Source: Octopus vulgaris
Taxonomy: Eukaryota
Length of the DNA: 64,000 nt
Direction of reading: 5' to 3'
Assembly: GCA_951406725.2 (NCBI GenBank)
Contig: OX597831.1
Coordinates: 55,738,001-55,802,000 of the forward strand
Position numbers and translations under genes: made by a program. The first letter of the stretch is position 1, and each line of letters starts with the position of its first letter. The notes beneath the pieces were generated by a model. That model worked only from the letters and a program-made list of their open reading frames with translations. It was not told the DNA's origin and did no database searches. This document shows positions 1-13,243 of the stretch, one piece after another.

Positions 1-656
1 GCTATCACACTACGGGAAAATCTGACATTGTTTGAGGCAGATTCAGCTAGTTTCCTTGAAGGTTTCCTAATCCAGGATGAGTGTTGACTTCATCACTTTG
101 AGCCAAAGCCAAAACGACAATCCAAGCAGTAGAAGCACCCTCCTCACCTGCTCCAAAGAAGGCCAATGGGGGAGGCAAAATACATTTTATTTATTGATTA
201 TCTTCAAAAGAGCCACACCATCAATGGAATGTAATATGCCATTTTGCTGAGGCAGTTACGAAAGGCTATCAAGACCAAACGCTCAGGAAAACTGACGAAA
301 GCGGTCTTGTTTCATCTGGACAATGCTCCAGCATATAAATCCTTGGTTTCAAAGGCTGCTGTGCGTGACTGTGGCTTTGAACTGGTTGATCACCATCCCT
401 ATTCTCCTGATTTGGTCCCATCTGACTATCATCTGTTCACCAACCCGAAAAAGCACTTGGATGGGAACCAGCATCGGGGTGATGAGGACGTCACACCTGC
501 TGTTGATGACTTCTTCACCACTTGGATTCAAGCTCAACAACACCGCTGGAAGAAGTGTGTGAACTGCAAGTGGGAGTATGTTGAAAAATAAACCTCATTT
601 GGTAGTATTTTGTGAGTGCATCTCGGTCAACTTATAAACTTTTCAGCCGACCCTCG
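1..656 (+). mobile_element. Decayed mariner (DD34D) transposon, 3' part
   Basis: Transposase motifs DE.xxHHFEP, DNAPAY and HPYSPDLVPSDYHLF with stops and deletions. Right TIR ...aaacttttcagccgaccctcg followed by TA at 657-658. Confidence 0.9.
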
Positions 657-930
657 TACAAATTTACATGTACGATTGGGTTTCCCATATGCAATATCGT
701 GAGTTTAAAGACCAGATCCACTTTCGTATTCTTTGCTTATATTACCCAAAAATTTCAATCAAGTACTCAAGCTCTCTTATTGAAGTGCATTCCCAAGCTC
801 CTTTGTTTTAAATTTTTTAACATTGTTAGAGAAAGATTTGTGTTGATTCTTATGGTGCTTGTTTCGACTAAAAAAGTTTTGTTTGAGCCGAGATATGTGC
901 ATCTAAATTTAAAGGTTAAAAACCGCAAAT

Positions 931-1398
931 ACTTTCTTGACAACCTAATATATTTATAGGTTCCCGCTACCAGCTAATTGGTGCTCACAAGCTGCAATCT
1001 CAGAGTCACGTACAGTATGTGATCTGGGGACTGATGCCTCGTTTCACATACACATCACCTAGATGGCGACCATGTGCAGACGAATGACCTGATGGATTCT
1101 GAGAACCTTCAAAACATACTAGTTCTATAGGGAACATTTGTACTTAGCCGCCTGGACAATTGCTCTGAACTGTGATCACCCTACAGTGTAAAATTAATTG
1201 CATAACATGGAGCAATTTAGTGGTGCTATACCAGGAAGATTTCATCAATGGAACAGCTGAGCTACTAAGAGAGACTGAAAGCGTTACGGCTCTATTCCCT
1301 GGAGCGAAAACGAGAGAGGTATGCAGTGATATATATATGGAAAATCCTGGAGGGGCTGACACCAATCGTTGGAGTATATATAGATATATATATATACT

Positions 1399-1448
<50 letters not shown>

Positions 1449-1891
1449 CATATCCGAGAAAGAAGCACACTCTAAAGCTGAGAGCAGTAAAGAGCAATAA
1501 TGTGTTTTTATGCTGTTAAGTCTATGTCCGGTCATATAACTCTGAGCTCAGAGTTGAAGTGCTAAATAGATTCGGCTTTAAAGTCCGACGAGTCGTCCAT
1601 GGGGCTAGGCCCTTTAGGGATGCGAAACTATTGGTCACTCTGTGACCGGATATAGACTTAACTGCATATACATATATATATATATATATAGGTTCCCGCT
1701 AAGAACTTTCTTGACAACCTAATATATATATAAGTTCCCGCTACCAGCTAATTGGTGCTCACAAGCTGCAATCTCAGAGTCACGTACCGTGCGTGATCTA
1801 GGGACTGATGCCTCGTTTCACGTACACGATCACCTAGATGGTGGCCATGTGCAGGCGAATGACCAGATGGATTCTGAGAACCTTCAAAACA
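931..1891. repeat. ~185-bp direct duplication (931-1116 and 1705-1891)
   Basis: actttcttgacaacctaata..ttcccgctaccagctaattggtgctcacaagc..gagaaccttcaaaaca occurs twice with few differences. Confidence 0.85.
1582..1639 (+). ncRNA. Type I hammerhead-ribozyme-like motif in a Penelope-like relic
   Basis: agt-CCGACGA-g(t)cgtcc..ggatgc-GAAA-c-tattg-g-TC-act. Sits between inverted repeats 1509-1536 and 1641-1668, and between (TA)n tracts. Confidence 0.55.
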
Positions 1892-2089
1892 AGGGACCAG
1901 GAAACTATGCTGGTTCTATGGAGGATGAACCTATATCAAGGCAGGAAACTCAAAAGAGGGCAGCAGTGTCGAGCTGCCTCTTTCACCAAAAGCCAATTAC
2001 ATAAGATTGACCATTGAAATTACACTAGCGGTGCTCCAGCATGGTCACAGCCTTAGGGCTGAAACGTATGAAATAAATAAAAGAATATA

Positions 2090-2115
2090 TATTTGTATGT
2101 ATGTGTATATGTATG

Positions 2116-2152
<37 letters not shown>

Positions 2153-2291
2153 ATGTATGTGTGTATGTATGTATATATATATATGTGTGTGTGTGTATAT
2201 GTATGTGTATATGTATATATATATGTGTGTGTGTGTGTATGTGTATATGTATGTATATATATATGTGTGTGTATGTATGTGTATATGTATG

Positions 2292-2336
<45 letters not shown>

Positions 2337-2403
2337 GTATATGTATGTATATATATGTGTGTGTGTGTGTGTATGTATCTGTGTATGTATGTATGTATGT
2401 ATG
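2090..2403. repeat. Compound (TA)/(TG)/(TATG) microsatellite
   Basis: Direct reading. Confidence 0.95.
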
Positions 2404-2887
2404 AAGAGAGCGTGAGAAGAGGGGTAAGGAAACGTTTCATGACGATTATTTACTTTGCAATGTTTGTTCTACGTGACTATTTTCTGCTGACAATACATTA
2501 AGGCTTGTACACTCAGCAAAGTCATGCAAGAATCGGTAACAAATAAAATATTTCCGGGAACATAGCGTTCTTGTTCTTGGCAACCAGGAAAATGATCTGA
2601 AAAAATAGATATATCCAATTCGAAATTAACAAATAACTAATACATAGTGAAAGCAAGTCGGTCATTTTTCAGAAGGCGAAGGATTTGTTGTATTGTTAAG
2701 ACTGAATCTTTCTGCTAGATTAGAAAATTTAGATTAATGTAGGCAGTTCAATTACTTCTTACTATTTACCATTCATCTCTAAAGAAACAAGTGAGGGAAT
2801 CTTAATTATATATTTCTTCGTATATTGCAGAGATCAAAGAGTGAAGCATAAACAGTAGAAAGGTGAAAAATCGCGTGAAAATGCAAC

Positions 2888-3059
2888 ATGGCGGCGATAC
2901 GTCCGTCGTCTGCGACCATAGCATGTCTTTATATTACTTTTCTGGCTTTTGTTTTGCTGTGTATCTACAGTTTCACCCCGTTTAATGGACGCCTTATTGC
3001 GGAGAATGTTAGTTATGGAGTGGGTTTCCTTCTTTTATCAACGTTCATTTTAGGTTCTG
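2888..3059 (+). CDS. Exon 1 (first coding exon) of the SatP-YrdC fusion gene
   Basis: [57 protein letters not shown] has two hydrophobic segments. Donor G|gtaagt at 3059/3060; phase 1 matches the exon 2 acceptor. Confidence 0.8.
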
Positions 3060-4421
3060 GTAAGTAAAATATCCATGGAGGTTATTTCTTATTCTTTCTC
3101 GATATCTCTATTATTGCTCTCTATATTGATATCACGCACACACTCACACATATGCGTATATATATATGTATATGCAAATATGTAAATATATGTATATGCA
3201 TATATATACATACACATATGCATACACAAATCCTTTATCTGTCTGTTCTCAATGCATTCTCAAACGGCTCAACCAAATCAAATCAAATTTTACATGGTAA
3301 TAATATCAGGCCTTCTGAGTGTCAACACGTATTTGTTTTCATTTGGATTAAAACAATACAACATTAGCACTGGTTCGGTATTACATGTCAAAAGTGAAAG
3401 AATAACATCTATATTGTAATATCTATATAGTATTGTTTCATTTTTATTCTTTCACTTTTAATTATGTGATAAGACTATAAAATTGTTTCACTTTTATTCT
3501 TTCACTTTTAATTCTGATTATATCCTAATGTGAATAACATAATGCATCGACAACTTTCCGTCTTTACGGCCACGACAGCGAAATGGTGTGTCAGGGTATG
3601 TGTGTTGACTGACATAACGAACGGCTGGAGGTGAAACTCTTGACAAAATACAGTGACGTGGCACGTCCTAGGTATATAAAAATAAACATTTACCATTCAA
3701 TTACCAGTTAATAATTATCGCAGTAGCTGAAAATTTACCGTTAAATTAGCAGTTCATACATGTGCTTCTATTTGGTTAATTTGCATACACTTGGTTAATT
3801 TATACTGCATAAAAAAATGAAGACATACTACATACATATAACTGCTTACAATAATAGAGATTATTGTATAATTTCTTCTATGTTCATAATTTTTGGCTTA
3901 CAATATAGAAAAGTCTATGCCACTATAGAAAAGACGTAATCTCTCCAGAAACAAATATAAAGCAAGGAAGATTGTAGAAAACCGAAGGCGAGAGTCTCAA
4001 GAGAGAAATAAGATGAACCTCTCTCAAGATCAGCAAACACATGCTGCAGGACGTAAATGGAATTTCAATAGAGAAGGGAGATGAGACTTTCCCAAGATCA
4101 GAAAATGCATGCTGCAGCACATCAGATGGAGTCTCGAGAGAGAAGGGAGATGACACTTTCCCAAGATCAGCAAAGGTATGCTGAAGCAAGTTAGATGGAG
4201 CATCAATAGAGAAGGGAGATGAAACTTTACCAAGACCAGAAAATGCATGCTGCAGCACATCAGATGGAGTCTCGAGAGAGAAGGGAGATGACACTTTCCC
4301 AAGATCAGCTTACGTATACTGCAGCCTCAGACTGATGAAGTCTCAGTATAGAAGGGAGTTATGGCCGGTCATTGAGTATCCATTGGTTTCGCTAAGTGCC
4401 ATAAAGCTAAGGCGCTTTATA

Positions 4422-4508
<87 letters not shown>

Positions 4509-4634
4509 CGTGCGTGTGCGTGTGTGTGTATGATACTTATATAGATATTGCATTGTATATATTTGAAAAAAGAATTGAATAAGCTGATTTTTTCAAATAT
4601 TTCACGTTTGTTTCTTCTGACACTTCTCTTCCCG

Positions 4635-4715
<81 letters not shown>

Positions 4716-7700
4716 GTATATATATAAGGACTGTTTCAACGAAGTCGCGCCTTGCCCTTACCTTCGAAACGCGGAGTAGCCGAAACAGGGGCAACTGAAG
4801 AAGGGGAATATTCTTTGTGTTGTATGTCTTGTACTCTGTTTTTTCGTTGTTTGAAAAAAAAGTCCGTTTCCATGTTTTTGTTTTTATGTTTTCGTTTCTC
4901 ATTGTGTTCAACGTTTTTTTGTTGTCCTGTACCTATATATGCATGTACATATACATATAGATGTAGGTATGTACATATACGTATGTATATATGCATATGT
5001 TTTATATATTATTTTGTTATTATATATATATATATAATATGTTTGTTATTATATACACATGCATACTTACATATATTCACGCATACATATATAATATTAT
5101 TATTTGCATCTCGAGAGGCTTAAGACTACAGTTATGATCTCAAAACGATTTCCACCTTTGATATCATATTGACCGTCGTCCTAAGTCAATTACAACATAT
5201 CAACAGGTTGTGCCTCGATGTATGTTATCTTTGATAGTACAAGTTTCCTCCTTGAAAATGTTATCCAATATAAACGACATTTATATTCTGTAATATGATC
5301 TTCATGTATCATATAACAAAACAGCCTGATAGCATTCTCCAGCCAGTAAATTCTCTATTGCACTTCAGATATTATTGTCTTGCAACTAATTTTTTCTCGT
5401 AAGCTTGCTGATATATTTGTTGGGTCGTTATTTAGACAAACATGCAGCATTTTATATTTTTGTGTAACATAACTTTCATAATATCACGTGAGTGTTTTAC
5501 ATGGAGCTATTTTGATGTTACCTGTCTGTCTATCTGTCTGTCCAATATCCATCCAACCATTTTTGCGTGCTTACATGCAGGCGTGACTGTTTGCCTGTCT
5601 GTCTTCTGTCTGTCTGTCTGTCTGTCTGTATTTATGTATGTATGCATCATGCATGCAAGCATGCATGTATTTATATATGTATGTGTGTATGTATGCATGT
5701 ATGTATGCATGCGTCCAAGCATGCATTTATGTATATATGTATGTGTGTGTATATTTGTGTATGTATGCATGTATGTATGTATGCATCCAAGCATGCATTA
5801 TGTATATATGTATGTATGTGTGTGTATATTTGTGTATGTATGTATGTATTTGTGTACGTATGTATGCATGTAAGTACGTACGTATGTATGTATGTATGTA
5901 TGTATGTATGTATGTATGTGTGTGTGTATGTATGCATGTATGTATGTATGTATGTATGTATGTGTGTGTGTGTGTTTGTGTATATATGTATGTTTGTATG
6001 CGTGTATGTATATATGCATGTATGTATGTATGTATGTATGTATGTATGTATGTATGTATGTATGTATGTATGTATGTCAAGATATTCAGACAAAAACAAA
6101 AGAGGTATGCTGATGCAGAATTTGTTGTCTCCTTTGGTCATGAATGACCATAGGATTGCACCTAGAAAGTTCCCCTCTGAAGTTCAAGTCCGGGCAAGGT
6201 TGTTTACGGAAGACCAGCAGTCGCCCATGCATATCAGCCTCCCCTCTTCATGCCACCGATGTTGTCCAAGGGAAAGGCAAAGGCTAGGCACCTGTGACGT
6301 CGCAAGTCATTCCTACAACTGAGTGAACTGGACTAAAGTGAAATATAGTGTCTTGCTCAAGAACACAACACACAGCCCAGTCCAGGAATCGAACTCACAA
6401 CCTCATGTCTGTATGTACTTTTATCATAAATCATGAATTGAAAAAAAAAATTATTGAAATTGGTTTCGTTTACCATACATTTGCATAGTAATTAGTTAGG
6501 CCAATGGAGTGAATCTCTATGCAGTCGCTGGACTTGCAAGAAATAGCAGCCAAATAATATCTGATCTTGGAAAAGGAAAGGCAGTTTTACTCGAAAAAAA
6601 AAAGACATGATGGTCATGGTTGAGATGTATCAGTCTGAACAGCTCTGGGGTTAAATAATAGTTTTGAATTTTGGAACAAAGCCAGTAATACCGAGGGGAG
6701 GGGTAAGTCGATTACATTGACTCCAGTACTCGAATGGTATTTATTTTATTGACACTGAAATGATGAAAAACGAAGTCGACCTCGCCGATATTTGAACTCA
6801 GAACGTAATGAAATAAAAAAAAATACCAGTAAGCATTTTGTCATCCTTTAACGGTTCTTATTTCTTTATTGACCACAAGGGGCTAAACATAGAGAGGACA
6901 GACAAGGACAGACAAAGGGATTAAGTCGATTACATCGACCCCAGTGCGTAAATGGTATTTAATTTATCGACCCTGAAAGGATGAAAGGCAAAGTCGACCT
7001 CGGCGGAATTTGAACTCAGAATGTAACGGCAGACGAAATACCGTTGAGCATTTCGCCCGGCGTGCTAACGATTCTGCCAGCTCGTTGCTTCTGGTTTCAA
7101 ATTTTGGTACCAGGCCAGCAATTTTATCGGGAGCGGGTAAGGGAATTATCAAATAATCCTTTCTACTATAGGCGGGAGACGGAGGACATGTCCATACCAG
7201 CGCATGCAACAGATAGCTATGAGATGGGAGGCTGGGGGTTGATGCGCATGCGCACACAGTTCTTTGTTGGAAACGTGATGTTACCATCTGATGTTCTCGA
7301 TGGTTTTCAGGGCTCTGCTATCGAAGCCATCGATCCTCTTTGCTAGGGTCTTCGAGAGGGGCCACGTTTCTGCGTCATAGAGGAGACTGGAGAGGGCCGA
7401 TGCGTTGTAGATGCGGAGCTTCACTTTCCGGGAGATAGAGCAGTTGCGCCAAGTGGAAAGATCTTGCCGAAGCTCGATGTCACCTTGGAGGATAGAGAGG
7501 GGCTGGGACGGGACCATCGGCGATAGAGAGAACTGGTGGACCTGGTCAACTCCATGTATGATGACATCTCTGGGACCACTGACCTGGAATGACCCCAACC
7601 CCATCAAGCAAGAGCATGAAGCAAGCAAGAATCAAGAAAGCATGCACTATAGGCCGCAGAGCATTTTGTTCGGTTTGCTAATGAATTCTACCTTCTTGCC

Positions 7701-10124
7701 ACCTTTTTCTAAGAATATATAATAGGAAATTTGAAAAAAATTACAATTTTCAAAGAAAATACTGAAACAACTGCATTCCTGATTTTCCTAAATTTAATAT
7801 ATTCATCAGCATTTAATTGACATTTTAATGTTATGAAAAGCTCTGGAGTAATTTGCTGGCGCCTTTTATAACCTAAGGTGGGATCCAGTGAAACCGCCAA
7901 AATAAAACTAGTTATTTTGATCGTAGGTAGCTGTCATTAATTCAAGTTTCCCTTTCCAAATAAAGACTCTGAAAGCTTTTAACATCATTTTTATAAAGTT
8001 CTTTTTCTTTTTTCTTTTTTTCTTTTTTTCAGGCATTACGGCAGGAGATGTTGAAGACTCCCTGTTACGTGGCTTACTCTTATGTCTAGGCTCGATGTGG
8101 GCCGCAGTTGGTGTTTTCAATGTCACCAGAGATATCTCAAGGCCACCTACCATCTGGTCCAATGCAGCAAATGAAGCTCTATTTCCTGGATATGGAGCTT
8201 TCTTTTTCATATTCCTTATTTTTGTCTTTGGATCTATCTTGCACCAAGCAACCTTTACTGCAGTTCTTTCTTTCGGTCTTTTTTTGTCCACCATTTTCGA
8301 AATAGCCTCTTTATGGCGTGCTGTGCATATGAGTGCCGGAGCGTATTATGTCCTACTTTCTGCATTAGTTGTGTATATGATGTGCCAAAAGCTGGTTAAT
8401 AAATTCAAAGGGGGTGATTTCAAGACCACGCAGAAAAGAAAGTCATCTGATCCAGACGTCTCAAACGATTACACTATTGTAGGGTATTCAATGGAAGTAA
8501 TAGTTTTTGCAGTTTTTGCTAGTCACGTGACTGGAGCTACAACAGTTGCCAATAATGCTTTTATGTGGGTCGGTTCGGCAGGATTTTTTCAAGCTGTGTG
8601 CGGCATTGTGGCTTTACGTAGGAATGACCCTTACTGTGGTTGCTACTTTACCTTGTATGGTACATTCTGGTGTGCAGTAGCATACAACCTAGCACTTAAT
8701 CATTTTTCTGGCACAAATGACTTACCACTACTACCTGTCTTTATCTTCTTCCTTTTCACATTTTTATTGGCCAGTTTGATTTCCATAGCTCGAGAAATGT
8801 TCCATGCACTACAGAATATCTTACTATGTATCTTCTGCATTGCCTTTTGTGTTGATGGTGTCCAAGGCCATTTCCTTGGTGGTATGGGTTGGGTTTGCTT
8901 TTTGTTTTCTCTTTATGGACTTGCAGCTCATATGAGCCGAATGAGACAAACTCCTTATAAACTTCCATTGGGTCGACGCCCATTTGATCGAGCTCAAGTA
9001 CAACAGAGCCTTAAAAAACATCTTAGTTGCTGTGCAAAACGTTTATACAAACAGGACACCAAACAAAATGGTGACGGCCTGTTCTCTACTGAATTTTCCG
9101 ACATGGGGTATTCCAAGTATATTGAGCTTGATACCATCGGCTTTGCCGTCAATGCAGTTTCTGCCTTATCTATTTTGTGGATTCCTGCCAATTTCAATCT
9201 CCTCTCCATGCCATGGACAACTGTACTTGGCGGGGTGGCACAGTTTACCGTGGGTTGTATAGGGTTTGCTCGTGGACTTACATTCGAAAGCTGTTCATTC
9301 ATTATATTTAGTACCATGTGGCTAATTCTTGGAACTGCTCGTAGTCTTGGGACATTGGGTCAGGACAATTCAGTGGCCATGTGTGTGGGGAGCATTTCAT
9401 ATATGGTCATTCTTCTACTTCTTATAGGACTTTCTCTAGTTGTAAGCAAGACCTGGTTCCTGATCACTTTCCTTTTCGAACTTATCGCATTGGCATTTTT
9501 GCTAAATATCTTAGCAGTGCCTTCATATGAAGCATATGAAATAATCGTGGTGCTTCTATTTACTGCTGTTTGTATTTATGGTTTCTTAGCTTCTGCTTTA
9601 AAGGTTGTTTGGGGACGAGATGTACTCCCAATGGGAAACCCAATCATAGAAGTCAGTTTTCTCCATTCTCAGGGTCACAAAGCCTTCTGGGCAGATGCCC
9701 AAAAACAATCCGGAGTCAAAGCGATTGCAGGTAAGGAACTTATTTCTCTCCAATGTTAATAAAATTTGTCGATCTTTCAACTCCCATCTTCATAGTTATT
9801 CTGATAAGCATAACTAGTAATTGTATAAGTCTGCAGCAATAATTTCTGTCACGACTGGGATGAGATGTCGAAAGTAACGAAGGTTCGAATCACGCCGGAG
9901 TCACCAAATGTAACAGGCTATGTTACTATTAAATTCTCGAAGTCGATGAGACAGCGTAATAATAAATATCGAAGAGAAGAATATTGTCTATAGCTTTTAT
10001 TGGTGGGTTGGACCAGAAATACACGGCAAGGCTTTTAGTAGTAGCCAGGCAGTTTAGTTGGTTAAAGAGGATGACAACAATGAAATACCTCGCGTGTCCT
10101 TAGATGAATGAGTGTGTGTGTGTG

Positions 10125-10202
<78 letters not shown>

Positions 10203-10686
10203 TGTGTGTGTTAGGACCAACTTGTTTGCTTGAAAGGGAAGGACTGACCGCCGTGCAGCGTGTGGAAACTAGCTTAATTGTCTGCTGCTAGAGCAGGTCA
10301 TAGGATGTGAATTTTGTCGTCGAACAAAGAGTATAAGCAGTGTGTTGCCCCTCTTTTTTCCATTCGGCCGAGATGCTCTTGGTCAGAGAGCAGATACCAA
10401 AGAGACTCAACAAACCTCTCGATGGGTATATATATATAGATATATACTTTATTTAAAGCAGCAGAAAATTCAACAAAACCTGTTACTCTGAGTTTCACGT
10501 TCCCGTTCGTCGGACAGTTTTTGCTAGAATCAGTTTTTTCTAGCAACTGTCCGACGAACGGGAACGTGAAACTCCGAGTAACAGGTTTTGTTGAATTTTC
10601 TGCTGCTTTAAATAAAGCATATTACTCTACCACTGGTATTTGAGTACTCTTTTTTCCTCCTTGTTTCACATTTATGTGTTTACTCC

Positions 10687-10745
<59 letters not shown>

Positions 10746-13180
10746 TGGCAACTAAAGTAGGTCAATCCTAAAACAAAGGATTAACCTTTCCACGACCACA
10801 GAAGGTCTCCAAGGTCAAATTATCCAAGAACAGGGAGTCGGAAACGAAAGACCGGAAATCCATCTGACAATGAACAATATTGTGGTTTCGGTTTCGAATC
10901 TTCTCAACCTTTGCAGCTGGTCCTAAAGGTCTGCTTGATCAGAGCTGACATACGGCTATACCTCCATTACTCATTGGCTCAGGCCATTGGAGCCGCATGG
11001 GACATGGGTAGGCAATACAGTTCATCTTTGAAATATGGAAGGAATGTTTCATAACTGTTTCATTTTTCTGTATTTGCACCTTTTACCTGTTCAGCATCGC
11101 CTATTTCCTAATTCTCCATCACTACATAAAAAAAAAAAATCGTCCGGTATAAATGCAATTTATTGCACAATATTAACCGCTTTATATTGATTTAATATTA
11201 TCGTCCTTAAAATTAACATAAGTAAAATATGTTTAATAAAAAAAATATTGCAAACAATGGTAAATGATTTTTCAGCCTAATAGCAATTTTCCCCACAAAA
11301 TTCTCTGAATTTTCCCCCAGCAACCTGAAATTTCTTCACGGGGATGATTATAGTTCTGTCTGCGTGGTCACTCGAGCTGTTAAAAATAGCAGTCAAATCT
11401 TCTCCAAATCACATCCTAGTATTTACATTACCTATATTGTTCTAGATACACTATCTGAAGAAGAAAGTAAAAAAAAAAAAAACCGTAAAAAATAAATAAA
11501 TAAACAAAAGACCTGGTCTGATCGGGAGCTAAACATCAAAACTAGCATAATTAAACTGGTGGTTAATAACAATTGGATAAAAACTAAACAAAACAGTATT
11601 GTTCTTTGTTGTATCAAATAAATTGAAAACGACGTTTCACCACATTTTTTTTCAGACATCATGAACCGAGGAGGGATAGTCGGTATTCCAACAGACACTG
11701 TTTATGTATTGGCGGCTGCAGTAAAATTCCCTGAATCAGTGGAAGTAAGTTGATTGTTACATTAAATAGATTGTTTCACTGTATGCATATAGCAGTAATT
11801 ATGTACCGTAAATCCTCGAGTTTGTCCGCCCTTGAGTATAATACGCAGGGGATTTTTAGGGGGCTGTACCTCTGAAAAACCTAAACCTTGTGTATAATAC
11901 GCACCCCTTCTCTAACTTGAGTCGTGCGTAATTAAGCCAGCAGCACCTAGTCGAACAAACACTTCCGCGCATGCGTACTACAATAATGGTGATGTTCTTA
12001 ACTGTTATATGGGAATGTAAATATGTTTGCAAATTGTTTTTGTTATATGTTATTCTGTGTTCTTAATACTTTTATTTTCATAAATGTTGCTTACTACAAG
12101 TTATGGAGGATTCTTTTATGACGTCATTGCTTTTAGGCTTAGCTTAAGATATTTTCGCGTCTGAATAAACATTGCCGGACAAACTCAGACATTGCTTAGA
12201 AAATATTTTTCATTTTTAACCTCGTATATAGTACGCACTAGGGATTTTGACCTTTAAAGTTTGGGGAAAAAAATGCTGATTATACTCGAGGATTTAGGGT
12301 AATGTTCGAGAGAAGATGGATCACGGTGCATCCGGCCGTAGCCGATCAGGACAATGTGTGCTCGGAAAGTTCTGCCGCAGGTCGGGCAATGGTGGTCTGC
12401 TGGGAATGAAGGCAAGGAGTTGGCTCTGGACTTGCGCCACTCAAGCTTTTCTAGGTCTCCTGCGAGCCAGTTCAGTTCGTAGAAGGTGGCACTTCTGTTG
12501 GTGCAGCTACACCAGGCAGGGCGGTCCTGTGCTTGCATTTCCCAGGGATTGATCTGAAAGCACTTCAGTGAGGCTTTGAGTGTATCTTTCAAGCGTCTTT
12601 TCTGCTCACTTCGTGTGCGCTTGCTTTTTGTCAATTCACTGCAAAACAGTCTTTTGGGTAGTCGTGTGTCAGGCATTCGAACAATCTGGCATGCCTACCT
12701 GCGCTCTCCACAGCAATTATTATTAAATTAGAAACAATTATACACGCATAGCGTATTCGAAATACTTACACCTGTAAGTAATAGGGAGGTCCTACGGGAA
12801 AATGAGCGTTTAATAGGAAACCGTATGGGAATTTGGTTCAAACAACGTCTTGTTAAGACGAAATTTCTTATACACTTTTTGTAGCATCCAATGGATTTAG
12901 CATTGCCAAATCCTTCAAAGACAGTCCTATGATTTTTCAGAATTTCTTCTAAAGTTTTATTCTATGAAATAGAAAGAAAAAGATTAATAAATATGTATAA
13001 TATTTTTTCATGTCAAGACTTCCTTGAAATATAGTATTTTTTTCAAGTGTTCCCAAGAGCAAAATGATTGAAAAACACTGCTTCAACATATATACGATAT
13101 TGAAATATCATAAAAGTTCATGAATAAATTTGTTGCGAAGTATAATACGCGTTTCGATTGTGTGTGTGTGTGTGTGGGGG

Positions 13181-13243
<63 letters not shown>

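Larger units (their letters stand above)
10447..10688. mobile_element. Penelope-like element relic: 73-bp inverted repeat inserted in (TA)n
   Basis: Arms 10447-10519 and 10545-10617 are reverse complements with one mismatch. TA tracts flank both sides, and each arm carries a hammerhead motif. Confidence 0.75.

Noticed and set aside
3990-4362. CRISPR-like array
   Set aside because: Contiguous tandem units with no unique spacers, a eukaryotic context and no cas genes.
7908-9317. Minus-strand ORFs overlapping exon 2
   Set aside because: Antisense shadows of the real + strand exon and its polypyrimidine tract.
8095-9759. Treating the 554-aa ORF as a standalone or bacterial (contaminant) gene
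   Set aside because: It has a clear acceptor at 8032 and donor at 9731 in phase with the flanking exons, and it is embedded in host SINEs and microsatellites.
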